Below, one piece after another: positions 1 through 9,330 of a stretch of 12,083 bases of DNA. The notes below the pieces were generated by a model that made no database searches, was not told the origin of the DNA, and worked only from the letters and a program-made list of their open reading frames with translations. The stretch comes from Octopus sinensis (Eukaryota), in contig NW_021826796.1 of NCBI RefSeq assembly GCF_006345805.1, forward strand, positions 1 to 12,083. The letters run 5' to 3'. The translations under genes and the position numbers were made by a program. Numbering within the stretch: the stretch's first letter is position 1; every line of letters starts with the position of its first letter.

Positions 1-241
1 TCTCCTCTCTTAGAGTTTTCCTTGGTACCTATGTAATAATAATTTAGTCCTCAGATTCTACTTTGCACCTATATACTACATTTCTCTGCTTGCAAATATT
101 ATTGAGCAGACAATTACCTTTGAATTTGAAATCACAACCAGTATTTTTATGTTTCTCAATATAAATCTGTGGTCAATATTAATTGATCACTATAAGTAAA
201 TCATCTGTACGGTTGTACGGTTGGCGCTAAGAAATTGTCGA

Positions 242-277
242 ACTCTCATACGTCATCTAACGACGGGAGAGTCCATC
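242..277 (+). other. Small stem-loop just before a microsatellite; possible 3' tip of a LINE/SINE
   Basis: actctc (242-247) pairs with gagagt (267-272); inner cgtc (251-254) pairs with gacg (262-265). It ends in ccatcata, like the RTE 3' end at 8089, and loosely resembles the 3' stem-loop of the SINE at 2894. Confidence 0.3.
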
Positions 278-278
278 A

Positions 279-305
279 TATACATACATACATACACACA
301 CACAC

Positions 306-353
<48 letters not shown>

Positions 354-452
354 AACAACCACACACACAATATACTATATATTATATATATATATATCTA
401 TGTATATATACGTATACATATATATATATATGGCGTGTGTGTGTGTTGTTTG

Positions 453-498
<46 letters not shown>

Positions 499-513
499 CT
501 TATATATATATAT
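279..513. repeat. Compound microsatellite (TACA)n/(CA)n/(TA)n/(GT)n
   Basis: Directly visible dinucleotide and tetranucleotide tracts. Confidence 0.95.
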
Positions 514-703
514 AATCAAGTAAAGGTAAAAAACCTCATTAAGGGATCATAAATCCAATGAAAATGCTGGTTAGTTACCAATCTATAGAAAGTTCAACTA
601 TAAGGTAACCATATAAAACCATGGTTCATATATTTATATATATAAAGAATAAGGAGAAAATGGAGAGGTAATTAATAAAATTATTTATTAATTATAAAAT
701 ATG

Positions 704-791
704 ACATCTCAGACAGCTGTTTCGATTCAGAAATCTTTAGATAATTAATTTATACAATTAAAATCAATATAGGATGAATCTCTTCAGATGT
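704..791 (-). ncRNA. Type I hammerhead ribozyme-like motif (left arm)
   Basis: Minus strand reads CUGAAGA (787-781), helix II gattca/tgaatc (780-775 with 729-724, 45-nt loop), GAAAC (723-719), palindromic helix III ACAGCUGU (720-713) and a GUC triplet (cut predicted between 712 and 711). Helix I is imperfect (acat/atgt offset by 4 nt). Confidence 0.55.
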
Positions 792-869
792 AGTACTGCA
801 GTATTACAGATAAGTATGATATATGATATTAGTATATATTTATATATACATTGCTTTTTCTGCTGCCTC

Positions 870-1126
870 TTTTCCTTTTCCCTTTTCTCCTTCTCAATAC
901 CCTTTAATATCATATCCACCTCTTCTTTATTTAAGATACAAAATATACACTACCTGCTCCCCCTATATTGTATTGTCGCATTATTATTATATACTTATAA
1001 ATACATGCGTTTTTCCGCTATCTTTTTTTCCTTTTCTTTTTCTCCTCAATAACCTACGATATTATATTAATCTCTTCTTTTCTTTCTTTAAGACAGATAA
1101 AATATACTACCTTCTGCCCCTATGTT
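870..1126. repeat. Diverged internal direct repeat (~100-bp units, offset ~152-159 bp), pyrimidine-rich
   Basis: Colinear anchors ctcaata (893/1045), tttaaga (930/1087), aaaatatac (940/1099), cccctat (960/1117). Confidence 0.6.
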
Positions 1127-1233
1127 ACAATGAAGCATTCTATAACCGGGTCTTTTTGTATATATGCTATCAGCTAATGGTTTTATTGCCGTTATCTCAA
1201 CATGTATTTCTAATCGGTATATCTTTACTACCG

Positions 1234-1317
1234 CTGAACAAATTCATCTTATAAAGATTTTAATTTTATAAGTTGATTATCTAAAGATTTCTGAATCGAA
1301 ACAGCTGTCAGAGATGT
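1234..1317 (+). ncRNA. Degenerate hammerhead-like motif (right arm)
   Basis: Core mutated to CUGAACA (1234-1240) followed by aattca; tgaatc-GAAAC-agct-GUC (1292-1309) is intact. Confidence 0.4.
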
Positions 1318-1425
1318 TGTCACATTTTATAATTTAATAAATAATTTTATTAATTACCTCTCTGTTTTCTCTTTATTCTTTCATATATATTGCATTCGCA
1401 CGCGCACAAATGCATCAGACAAATT

Positions 1426-1428
<3 letters not shown>

Positions 1429-1459
<31 letters not shown>
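1429..1459. repeat. (AT)n microsatellite
   Basis: Perfect dinucleotide run. Confidence 0.95.
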
Positions 1460-1463
<4 letters not shown>

Positions 1464-1567
1464 AGTAACGTTTTGTAAATAGATCGGATGCAAAAATGCG
1501 CATATCTGAGTCTATCACGGATCTACCAACACATTGGAGTGTCGCTCCTTTCCATCAAATTCTTCCC

Positions 1568-1612
1568 CTGACGAAATGTCCAATTAAATATATTGAATAG
1601 GAAACTTTAAAT
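1568..1612 (+). other. Decayed hammerhead-like motif
   Basis: CTGACGA (1568-1574), caat/attg stem, GAAAC (1601-1605), tttaaa palindrome. Helices I and II are poorly paired. Confidence 0.25.
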
Positions 1613-1628
1613 TAATTTAATTTCTCAG

Positions 1629-2150
1629 ATTGAATTAATTAGGCATGGAAACAATTTTAGGTGCTAAGAGTTTGTTTTTTGTTTGGAATTGAATATGTTC
1701 TAATAAAATGACGTTTATATCTCAATTTCTATCTTTTCTTATTTACGGAGATGTACTTGCATAGCAAGTGACTTGATCTGAGATCATGTGCTGGAACGAA
1801 AACAATTGCAGCGTGGAAGGTGTTTATAAGCCATTTAAGAAACACATCAAAACTGTTAGATTCACTTCAACATTTAAATTTAATTTGTCAAATTGAATTA
1901 ATTAGGCATGGAATCAATTTTAGGTGCTAAGAGTTTGTTTTTGTTTGGAATTGAATATGTTCTAATAAAATGACGTTTATATCTCAATTTCTATCTTTTC
2001 TTATTTACGGAGATGTACTTGCATAGCGAGTGACTTGATCTGAGATCATGTGCCAGAACGAAAACAATTGCAGCGTGGAAGGTGTTTATAAGCCATTTAA
2101 GAAACACACAAAACCGTTAGATTCACTTCAACATTTAAATTTAATTTGTC
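1629..2150. repeat. Head-to-tail tandem duplication of a ~262-bp unit
   Basis: 1629-1891 versus 1892-2150; about 5 substitutions and two 1-nt indels by eye. Confidence 0.95.
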
Positions 2151-2195
2151 GAAATATTTTCGTTGTTTTGAGACCGCGACCTGTTCACTGACAAA
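2145..2195 (-). other. Hammerhead-like topology with a non-canonical core
   Basis: Minus strand: tttgtc - agtgaacag - gtcgc ggtctcaaa acaac - GAAA atatt UC - gacaaa. Helix I is a perfect 6 bp and helix II pairs 3 of 5, but the core lacks CUGANGA. Confidence 0.3.
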
Positions 2196-2374
2196 GCTTC
2201 GTACTGCATCTCTTTTCTTATTCTTATACATAAGCAATAATATCTCCATATCCATCAATGCGAAGCTAGCATCTTTGCTCTTTCACTAATACACTGGATA
2301 AAAAAGAGGAACATGGATGCTGACATCCCTTTAAAATGGTTTTATATCCTTAATTTAAAACCCTCTTTTATATT

Positions 2375-2680
2375 TGTGTGTGCGCGCGCGTGTCTGTGTG
2401 TGTGTGTGTGCGTGTGTGTGTCAGCACGTGTGCAACGACATATGTGTGTATCAATGCACATGTATTTATGCATATACGCATGAGTATATATATATATATA
2501 TATATGCGCGTATGCATGTATATAGGCATAGCTTTGTGAGAATGCTTTGAGTGTATACTTATATATAGCATTGTAAATGTTTGCATGTGTGTATGTGTAT
2601 AAGTATGTGTGTATGCTTATCTACGTCTGACGTGCGACTGTGTACGGCTGCGTGTATGTGTCTGTGTATTTATGTGTACA
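2375..2680. repeat. Degenerate (GT)n/(AT)n/(GTAT)n low-complexity tract
   Basis: Directly visible. Confidence 0.9.
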
Positions 2681-2788
2681 GCAGAAGTAGACAATTCCAG
2701 TTGATTGTAAGAAGGCGCTAGCGTTAGATTGCTTTTAACACTGCGTTACCGGTTCGATAGTCTTCAAATGTATAAAATATGATATATC

Positions 2789-2893
2789 ACAACAACAACA
2801 ACAACAACAACATAAACTATAAAGTCATAATAAAACTATAACAATAAGAATAACAACTACAGTACCAACAACTGTAACTATAGCTACAGTAAT
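2789..2893. repeat. (AAC)n and degenerate ACTACA/ACAATA repeats, interrupted by the SINE and resuming at 3286-~3320
   Basis: Perfect (ACA)8 at 2789-2812, followed by degenerate units. Confidence 0.85.
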
Positions 2894-3285
2894 GGATGGA
2901 TGGAAGCACTCCGTCGGTTACGACGACGAGGGTTCCGGTTGATCCGAATCAACGGAACAGCCTGCTCGTGAAATTAACGTGTAAGTGGCTGAGCACTCCA
3001 CAGACACGTGTACCCTTAACGTAGTTCTCGGGGATATTCAGCGTGACACATAGAGTGACAAAGCCGGCCCTTTGAAATACAGGTACAACAGAAACAGGAA
3101 GTAAGTGTGAGAGAAAGTTGTGGTGAAAGAGTACAGCAGGGATCACCACCATCCCCTGCCGGAGCCTCGTGGAGCTTTAGGTGTTTTCGCTCAATAAACA
3201 CTCACAACGCCCGGTCTGGGAATCGAAACCGCGATCCTATGACGGCGAGTCCGCTGCCCTAACCACTGGGCCATTGCGCCTCCAC
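2894..3285 (-). mobile_element. Full-length tRNA-derived SINE with 12-bp TSD
   Basis: Minus strand starts gtggaggcgcaa with A box TGGCCCAGTGG and B box GGTTTCGATTCC, and ends in a 3' stem-loop and (TCCA)n tail. Perfect TSD agctacagtaat at 2882-2893 and 3286-3297. Confidence 0.93.
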
Positions 3286-3402
3286 AGCTACAGTAATAGT
3301 AAACATAACAGTAATAGGTTCTAGCAAAACCGACGCAACAGCAGTCGTAGTCACCAGTTCGAAATGTAACAATACAAAAAATATTGATGACGTACGTGTT
3401 TT

Positions 3403-3502
3403 TATCATCATCGTTATCACCATCGTTTCGGTGTCATTGTCATCATCATCATCATCACTGTCATTATCCTCATCGTTATCGTCGTCATTATCACCATCAT
3501 CA
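3403..3502. repeat. Degenerate (CAT)n trinucleotide repeat
   Basis: Directly visible. Confidence 0.9.
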
Positions 3503-3764
3503 AAAGCAACTTTTTAAAGAAAATCTAAATAAGAAATTCCGAGAATTATATTTCAGACTATAGAATCTGAAATTTCATATTAGATGAAGAATTTTTTCTT
3601 AGATTGAAATGCGGCTTTCTTTTTGATCTTTTTGGTGGAATGTTAAAGATATGAATAAGAAAGTGTAGAATTTGGTGTGAAATCAACAATATTTTGGGTT
3701 ATCTAATATATGGGGTAGCAGAGGGTAGGAGCAGAGTAGGAGAAAAAGAAAGCCATATTCAAAG

Positions 3765-3872
3765 ATACATATAGATATATATGTGCATGTACACACACAT
3801 ATATGTGAGTGTATGTATAACCAGGAATGCTTATACGCACGTACACATACATACACATATATATATATATGC
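3765..3872. repeat. Degenerate (AT)/(CA)/(TACA) microsatellite
   Basis: Directly visible. Confidence 0.85.
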
Positions 3873-4639
3873 GCTCTAACACGCGTGTATGGGTGTAGTA
3901 TTTCTTTATTTTGTTGAAAAAATATATAACTGTTCAACGATAGAAATATGTAAGGTTTGATTTATGTTTAATGATATGTAAGATAAATTGGCGGACCCGA
4001 TCCACGATCTGTTTAATCAGGCATTGCGTTTCACTATATACCTCATGTATTAAGAGAATATTATTCATGCTGGTTGTAGTCATCGCTGTCTTTTCACAGT
4101 AAATCATTAGAAAGTTTAGAAAGTTCTATGAAATGTATGATAAGGAATTTGCAAATTGATTTAAGCTCACTAAAACGTTTATTACTGATATATGGTAGCC
4201 AATATATGAAGTTTCTCTATAAGACCAAGGATGTATTAACTTGTACCATTCATTATCGCTAATGGATCAACAAGTTTTGGCTTAATGCTGATGAACTAAT
4301 ATTTCTATATATTGTGATCTCCAGATAAATGCACGTACACACGCATATACATACATAGAGAAGACATATAAACAGGATTGTCACGGTTGGAATGTTTTTA
4401 TGTTATTTTTATTTATAGTGAGTAAAACCTTAAGTAAAGAAATACAATTGTTAGAAATAATATAAACAATGTATTTATCTCAACTAATTAATTTGTGCTG
4501 ATTACCTTGAGTGAAATTTTACTGATTAACCAACAGCTGAGTAACGTCTAGTACCCTCGTAATTAATAAAACTGATCTCGTTTTTTATGACTCGGGTACA
4601 CGAGTACATTTTGCGTGAATGCATACACGAATTTACATT

Positions 4640-4692
4640 CATATATGTATACATACACATACTCATATATATGTGTATGTATGTACGGGTGG

Positions 4693-4744
<52 letters not shown>

Positions 4745-4772
4745 GCGAGACAGTGTGTGTGAGCGCGAGCGC
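4640..4772. repeat. (GT)n microsatellite with degenerate flanks
   Basis: Perfect GT run at about 4694-4739. Confidence 0.95.
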
Positions 4773-4870
4773 GTAATTTCAGTGTAAGTGTATAAATACT
4801 TTACTGAATATATAACATATGTCGTTAGCAATTGAAGTCCACCGTCTCTCTCAGGTAACAGCTGTTCTGT

Positions 4871-5010
4871 AAAGAGACACAGTGAAAGAAATGGGAAAAA
4901 AGGGAGAGAGAAAAGGGAAAGGAAATGAATATATAGCCAAAGAAACAAAGAGAGAGAGAGAATGAAAGGAGCGGCGAAAGGGAAATTGAGAAGGGAGGCA
5001 ACAATGCGGA
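4871..5010. repeat. GA-rich polypurine low-complexity tract
   Basis: Strong purine bias with short (GA)n runs. Confidence 0.7.
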
Positions 5011-5939
5011 ACCTATTCATTTTGAAACGTGAGAAAATACAGACCGAGTAATTGAGCAATGTAAACTGAAGTTTTTATATTCTTGATCTTTATAGCAGTC
5101 CTCAAATTATAATAGTAGTGAGAACTGCTTATTATTTTGTTAAATGGTTCAGTTCGTATTTTATTTTATTTTATTTTCATATATATGTTTTCTGATAACC
5201 CACAAAGAAAATTTTGTGAGGTGGCTATTGATCATCTGTCTTAAGTTGTTGAAGTGTCAATCGAAATGTAATTGTTGTTTGAGAGACTATACTATCGCTC
5301 CTTACTTTATTAATGCAGTTTAACTTTGTAATTCAGCGGTAGAGGACGAAAATTAAATACTGGTTTCTAGTTTAGACCCAATCTCACACATTTAGTGGGT
5401 AGAGAGTATGGAATAGTCAGCTTAATGATTATCAATTGGTCTCAGAAGGAACCACTTTCGATGTATTTGTCTCTGTATTCTAAAGACGAATCTTTTACCT
5501 GTTTTTGCAAAAGAAAGGCAAAAATTGTAAAGGGACAAGCCAATCACATTACAGTATTTATTTTCGTACTTTCTGAGAACAAATTCCGTATGGCTTCACC
5601 TTGTGTTACATCCCTCCAATATTATATTCCACTGTGTTACATCTTTTTCGTCTCGATAAAACAAGAAATTGAAATCTTTTCAATGAACATCACTCCTTTT
5701 CATAAAATTCAAGTCTTGCACCGTTTTAAGGAATGCTGATTTCTTATCTAATTTTATTTATTTATTTATCGCTAAAGACCCAAATACAAATTTTGTAGAA
5801 AATGAGAAGAGTCGAATCAACTCCCAGAATATTCGAAAGCTTCCAGACAGAGACCTCAATGCCAAAATAGACTGAGATGTGGTTTCAAAGCAACTATTGT
5901 TATACATTTTGTCTGGTGCTTTATTGCTTTAGATCTACA

Positions 5940-6328
5940 CTAGCAGTATCGCCCGGCGTTGCTCGGGTTTGTAAGGGAAGTAACTATATAAGCATTTTTA
6001 GAGAGTTATAGCCAAAAAATAGCAACAAAAATAGAAAAAAAATGTTGGTAATTTTTTTTTTAAATCGTCGACTCATCGTAGACATTTTTAGAGAGTTACT
6101 TCCCTTATATAATAGCGAAAAAATGCATTAAAATGGAAAAAAAATGATGGTAAATTTTTTTTTAAATCGTAGACTCATCGTAGACGCGCGCTAATACCCA
6201 GAAGGGCTCGATATGAATCACGACTATAAGATACCCGGTTTTGGTTAAACTGCACTGCAAAATGTGGGAGTAGTTAGGAATCTAAATCGTAGGAGACAGA
6301 CACACAACTTGACTTTTATATATAAAGA
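5940..6328 (-). mobile_element. Complete non-autonomous Helitron (389 bp)
   Basis: Minus strand begins A|TCTTTATATATAAAAG (6328) and ends with hairpin cccgagcaacgccggg, a short spacer and CTAG|T (5940). 5'-TC, 3'-CTRR, subterminal hairpin and A|T target with no TSD are canonical Helitron hallmarks. Confidence 0.9.
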
Positions 6329-6500
6329 TATAACAACTAAGAAGGACAGGTAGCCAATTCTTTTATATACTTATGTAGACGCGAGCAGGCACAGATACCC
6401 TCTCAGTACTCTTATCTTTCACCCAGCAGAACAGTGAGGTTGTGAAAGCATGAGAGAAAGAGGGGGAGCTGTATCAACACAAGTCAGGAACCCGTTACAG

Positions 6501-6631
6501 GTTAGCAGACTGGAGCAACGTGAAATGAAGTGTCTTGTTGATGTTGGAGGACGCAACGTGCCGTCCGCTCCAGGAATTGAAACCACAATCTTATAGTCAT
6601 GAACTAATTATCCCTAAATATTACATCATGC
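6501..6631 (-). mobile_element. Decayed 5' part of a tRNA-derived SINE
   Basis: Minus strand has B-box-like GGTTTCAATTCC followed by ...caagacacttcatttcacgttgctccagtc, which I recall as an octopus SINE body. The A box is eroded. Confidence 0.65.
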
Positions 6632-7537
6632 AAAAGATATGATACATTTCATCACTACATCACTGCTGCTTAATTATATACTCATCATAATAGAACACTC
6701 AGACCATTGTGGATCCTGAATTATGATGCAGATAAAAATGTTGTTTGTATCAAACGTAAGGAAAATTCCGGATTCAAATAGCAGGATATGAAATGAATCT
6801 ATTTAAGATAGAATGTTTAAGTAGAAACACGTTATCTTGTATAAATCGAATCGAAGTGAAGATGTTTGACGTTTCTTTAGCAAAGAAATGACGACATTAA
6901 AATTTTTTCTAGAACTATCAAAGATACAAGCTTTCCGAGACGAAAACCGACCGGAAATATTAAGTGGAGAAACTAGAAGCCAATAACCTTAACATTCATC
7001 ATCATTTTCCGTTCTACTGTGGTATGGAGCGCGTTTTGACGCGACAGAACAGAGTTTTAATGCACGTGTTGATGTGTCCCATATAAGGCTATCCACTTTA
7101 CAAGTCGTGCATTAGTCATCCTGCTCATCGTTGTCAAATAGTATTACAGATTTCCTAACAACAGTAGCAGGGAAGCATTGCGGCTTCCGAACTCGTTTGA
7201 GATATAAAAATTTGCAGCTTGCTACATTTTTATCAGAAAATCTTGCATTTCTCACATATTTCAAAACATGACTCAAATCAACGATACGTGAGGCATCAGA
7301 TGATAAATAGTTACCGGTCTGTGTTGCTGAGGTCGATCTTAAACTTTCACCCATCTTATTTGAGAAAAGTCACATTACATTGGTGTTGATTTAAACAATT
7401 AAAAGGACCGCATCAAATAATAATCTCGTATCCACCGAAGAAATAAAGCTCTAATTTTGTTTCTAGCCCTCTTTATTTCTTTATCTCCCTTTGAATAAAT
7501 GTACACATATGTATATATACATATTCTTTGAGTATTT

Positions 7538-7755
7538 TATTCTTTTGTTTGTTTGTTTCAATCGTCTGCGGCCATAGTGGAGCATCACCTTAAAGGGTTT
7601 TTTTTTATTTACTCGAAGAAATCAACCCCAGGACTTATTCTTTGTAAGCCTAGTACTTATTCTGTCGGTTTCTTTTGCCGAGCCGCTTGATTACTGGGAC
7701 GTAAACACACGAACATCGGTTATCAATCGATGGTGGGGGACAAACACAGACACAC
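7538..7755 (-). mobile_element. 3' half of a common octopus-type SINE, truncated at an internal microsatellite
   Basis: Recalled family sequence (ccccaggacttattctttgtaagcctagtacttattct...ggacgtaaacac...gggggacaaacacagacacac). No head is present. Confidence 0.65.
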
Positions 7756-7792
7756 ATTTATAAATAAATAAATACACATATATATATATATA

Positions 7793-7912
7793 AGGTTGCA
7801 AGACGCAACGAAAATTTTAGGAAAATACAAATAAGAAATAAGAGGAAATTTTACCGGTGAGTGTGTTACATTATAAGGCACAAAAAGAAAATGACTCTCC
7901 CCAGACACAACA

Positions 7913-7914
<2 letters not shown>
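7793..7914 (+). mobile_element. Short cassette between (TA)n tracts carrying the 3' half of a hammerhead-like motif
   Basis: gttgc-aagac-gcaac (7795-7809) is followed directly by GAAA and the palindrome aaaatttt. The upstream core position is occupied by (TA)n. Confidence 0.35.

Positions 7915-7957
<43 letters not shown>
7915..7957. repeat. (AT)n microsatellite
   Basis: Perfect run. Confidence 0.95.
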
Positions 7958-7960
<3 letters not shown>

Positions 7961-8062
7961 AGGGCACGCGAGTACGTATACAAGTCGTCAACATGCTAGA
8001 AAGAGACGCCAATGTCTAAAATCTCCCTTAAGATATTACCATAAAGTATAAAGTATATATAG

Positions 8063-8088
<26 letters not shown>

Positions 8089-8094
<6 letters not shown>

Positions 8095-8391
8095 CGTCTA
8101 CTCGTGACCGAGGAAGACCATTGCTGACCTTCAGGAACATTGTGCGCTCTAGGACTAACTTATATTTTGCATTTGCGGCTCCGTTGGTGGCTAATGAGCC
8201 CTGCTCTTGACAAGGATACACGACTACTGCAAACATTGCAGATCAAGCTTTCCCCATTCACTACACCAGCAGTGTACTTTCGAGCAGCACGCTTAAGTTC
8301 TTCATGCTAAATACGTGTTCTCTCAGAAGTGTCGACTCTCTCCTTAACCCGCTTCCTCCATCTGTGGCGATGACAGGTATTGTTCTCCCAG

Positions 8392-8396
<5 letters not shown>
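8089..8396 (-). mobile_element. 5'-truncated RTE-clade LINE (3' end), embedded in (TA)n
   Basis: C-terminal ORF remnant plus a ~70-bp 3' UTR ending ...gtagacggccatc. (TA)n lies on both sides. Confidence 0.85.
8160..8393 (-). pseudogene. RTE LINE ORF C-terminal remnant with a C2H2-type zinc-finger-like motif; one in-frame stop
   Basis: Translates DWENNTCHRHRWRKRVKERVDTSERTRI*HEELKRAARKYTAGVVNGESLICNVCSSRVSLSRAGLISHQRSRKCKI*. This matches the RTE pattern WE...R..WR...KR..RK...CxxC...SR.GL.SH.R. The internal TAG is at 8309-8307. The frame is absent from the supplied ORF track. Confidence 0.85.
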
Positions 8397-8397
<1 letters not shown>

Positions 8398-8463
<66 letters not shown>

Positions 8464-8479
8464 ATATATATATATATAT
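8398..8479. repeat. (AT)n microsatellite, interrupted
   Basis: Directly visible. Confidence 0.95.
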
Positions 8480-8496
8480 GATTTTAGATTAAGAAG

Positions 8497-8557
8497 TGGT
8501 AATCGAACTGCTAACCTTATGATTGCAAAAGATACGTCTTACCCATAGAGCCATGCC
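8497..8557 (-). mobile_element. Isolated tRNA-like SINE head (decayed)
   Basis: Minus strand ggcaTGGCTCTATGGgtaag...AGTTCGATTACC shows A-box and B-box-like motifs at tRNA spacing. Confidence 0.55.
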
Positions 8558-8605
8558 GACGACCATACTTCTATATTTCGTCGATTAGTCTATTACTTAT
8601 TTTAA

Positions 8606-8827
8606 CCCTTTCGTTACTGTATTTATTTTGAGATACTCTGTGTTTCTTTCAATTACTTTTAAATATAATGAAGAATTTAGTAAAATAACTTAGTTATCAT
8701 TCAGCTAGTGTTAGGAACATAATTTATAAATAAGGTTTGGTGGAACATTTTAATTCAAAGCTTATGAAACCAAGACATTTGTACAACAAAGCCAGAAGCG
8801 GCTTCAGCCGGGTTGGTATCAAAAGGG
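8606..8827. mobile_element. piggyBac-type MITE (222 bp)
   Basis: TTAA at 8602-8605 and 8828-8831. Termini ccctttcgttac and gtatcaaaaggg form a 10/12 inverted match with CCC...GGG ends. Confidence 0.8.
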
Positions 8828-9224
8828 TTAATGATCCTAGGGAAAGGAAGATTGTTGGGTTCCCAAATCAGAGTTGAAAGGTACGCCACAAAACACACCA
8901 AGATATTCAGGTAATTCCTCTACCGATTTACTAATCTCCCAGCATCGATTATATTTGGTAATAATCCTGACTGATTTCATCCCTATTTGGTGATTCGCCG
9001 CAGAACAAACTCTGACAAAACAGGTCGTGTAAATTCGAAACTTACATCGAATCTACTAGAAATATTAGCTTGATATCCCTCTCCTCGTCACACCGTTTGA
9101 AAGGAGACATATTTGATAGTGTAGTTATAGTTATATAATGATTATAAAAATACTAATAAACTGCGGAATAGTTACTGTTCACGATATTTATGAGTGTGTG
9201 CCCAAGCAGGGTTTACTTGGTCTT

Positions 9225-9330
9225 AAAAACGATAACAGAAACGGCAGCAATAACAAGAACAGCAATAACAAGAACAACAGGAATAATAATCACTTCCACG
9301 ACAACAACAACTACAGCAACAACATCAACG
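9225..9330. repeat. Degenerate (AAC/AAT)n trinucleotide repeat
   Basis: Directly visible; accounts for the Asn-rich ORF 9138-9356. Confidence 0.85.

Larger units (their letters stand above)
644..1381. mobile_element. Non-autonomous element with ~150-bp inverted arms containing hammerhead-like motifs (Penelope-like-derived, or MITE-like)
   Basis: 644-~795 is the reverse complement of ~1226-1381. The outer ~122 bp show about 8 substitutions and 2 indels by eye. Short TA runs flank both ends. No internal ORF of recognisable homology. Confidence 0.8.

Noticed and set aside
1-60. CUGAGGA on the minus strand (55-49) with a downstream GAAA; also CUGAGGA at 9360
   Set aside because: No helix II closing pair, NUH triplet or helix I in the right geometry.
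221-552. ORFs 221-523 and 235-552 (also 2368-2586, 3683-3937, 4526-5059, 4587-4787, 7723-7983, 7857-8051, 8304-8492, 10278-10466, 10351-10557)
   Set aside because: Open only or largely because (TA)n/(CA)n/(GT)n tracts lack stops in these frames. They translate to YI/HT/VC runs with no domain signal.
774-1254. ORFs 774-1052 and 823-1254
   Set aside because: F/L/S/Y-rich translations of the pyrimidine-rich spacer of a repeat element.
2949-3201. ORFs 2949-3152 and 3016-3201
   Set aside because: Both lie entirely within a tRNA-derived SINE.
3198-3285. tRNA gene
   Set aside because: This is the tRNA-like head of a SINE with TSD. It continues into the SINE body and lacks a proper acceptor stem.
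3550-3573. Short hairpins atttcaga/tctgaaat (3550-3573) and gttgaga/tctcaac (9563-9580)
   Set aside because: 7-8-bp stems are expected occasionally in 12 kb of AT-rich DNA and have no supporting context.
4790-4900. Strong minus-strand acceptor-like site (tctctttacag, AG at 4868-4867) with an open frame EQLLPERDGGLQLL
   Set aside because: The polypyrimidine tract is the complement of a GA-rich low-complexity region, and there is no good donor downstream.
5395-5739. 114-aa plus-strand ORF
   Set aside because: GTG start, AT-rich codons, no recognisable motif or convincing splice context.
8036-8236. Track ORF on the minus strand over the RTE fragment
   Set aside because: Wrong frame. The RTE-like protein is in the frame 8393 to 8160.
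9040-9070. Minus-strand consensus donor gat|GTAAGT at 9045
   Set aside because: No convincing upstream acceptor or coding frame; isolated 6-mers are expected by chance.
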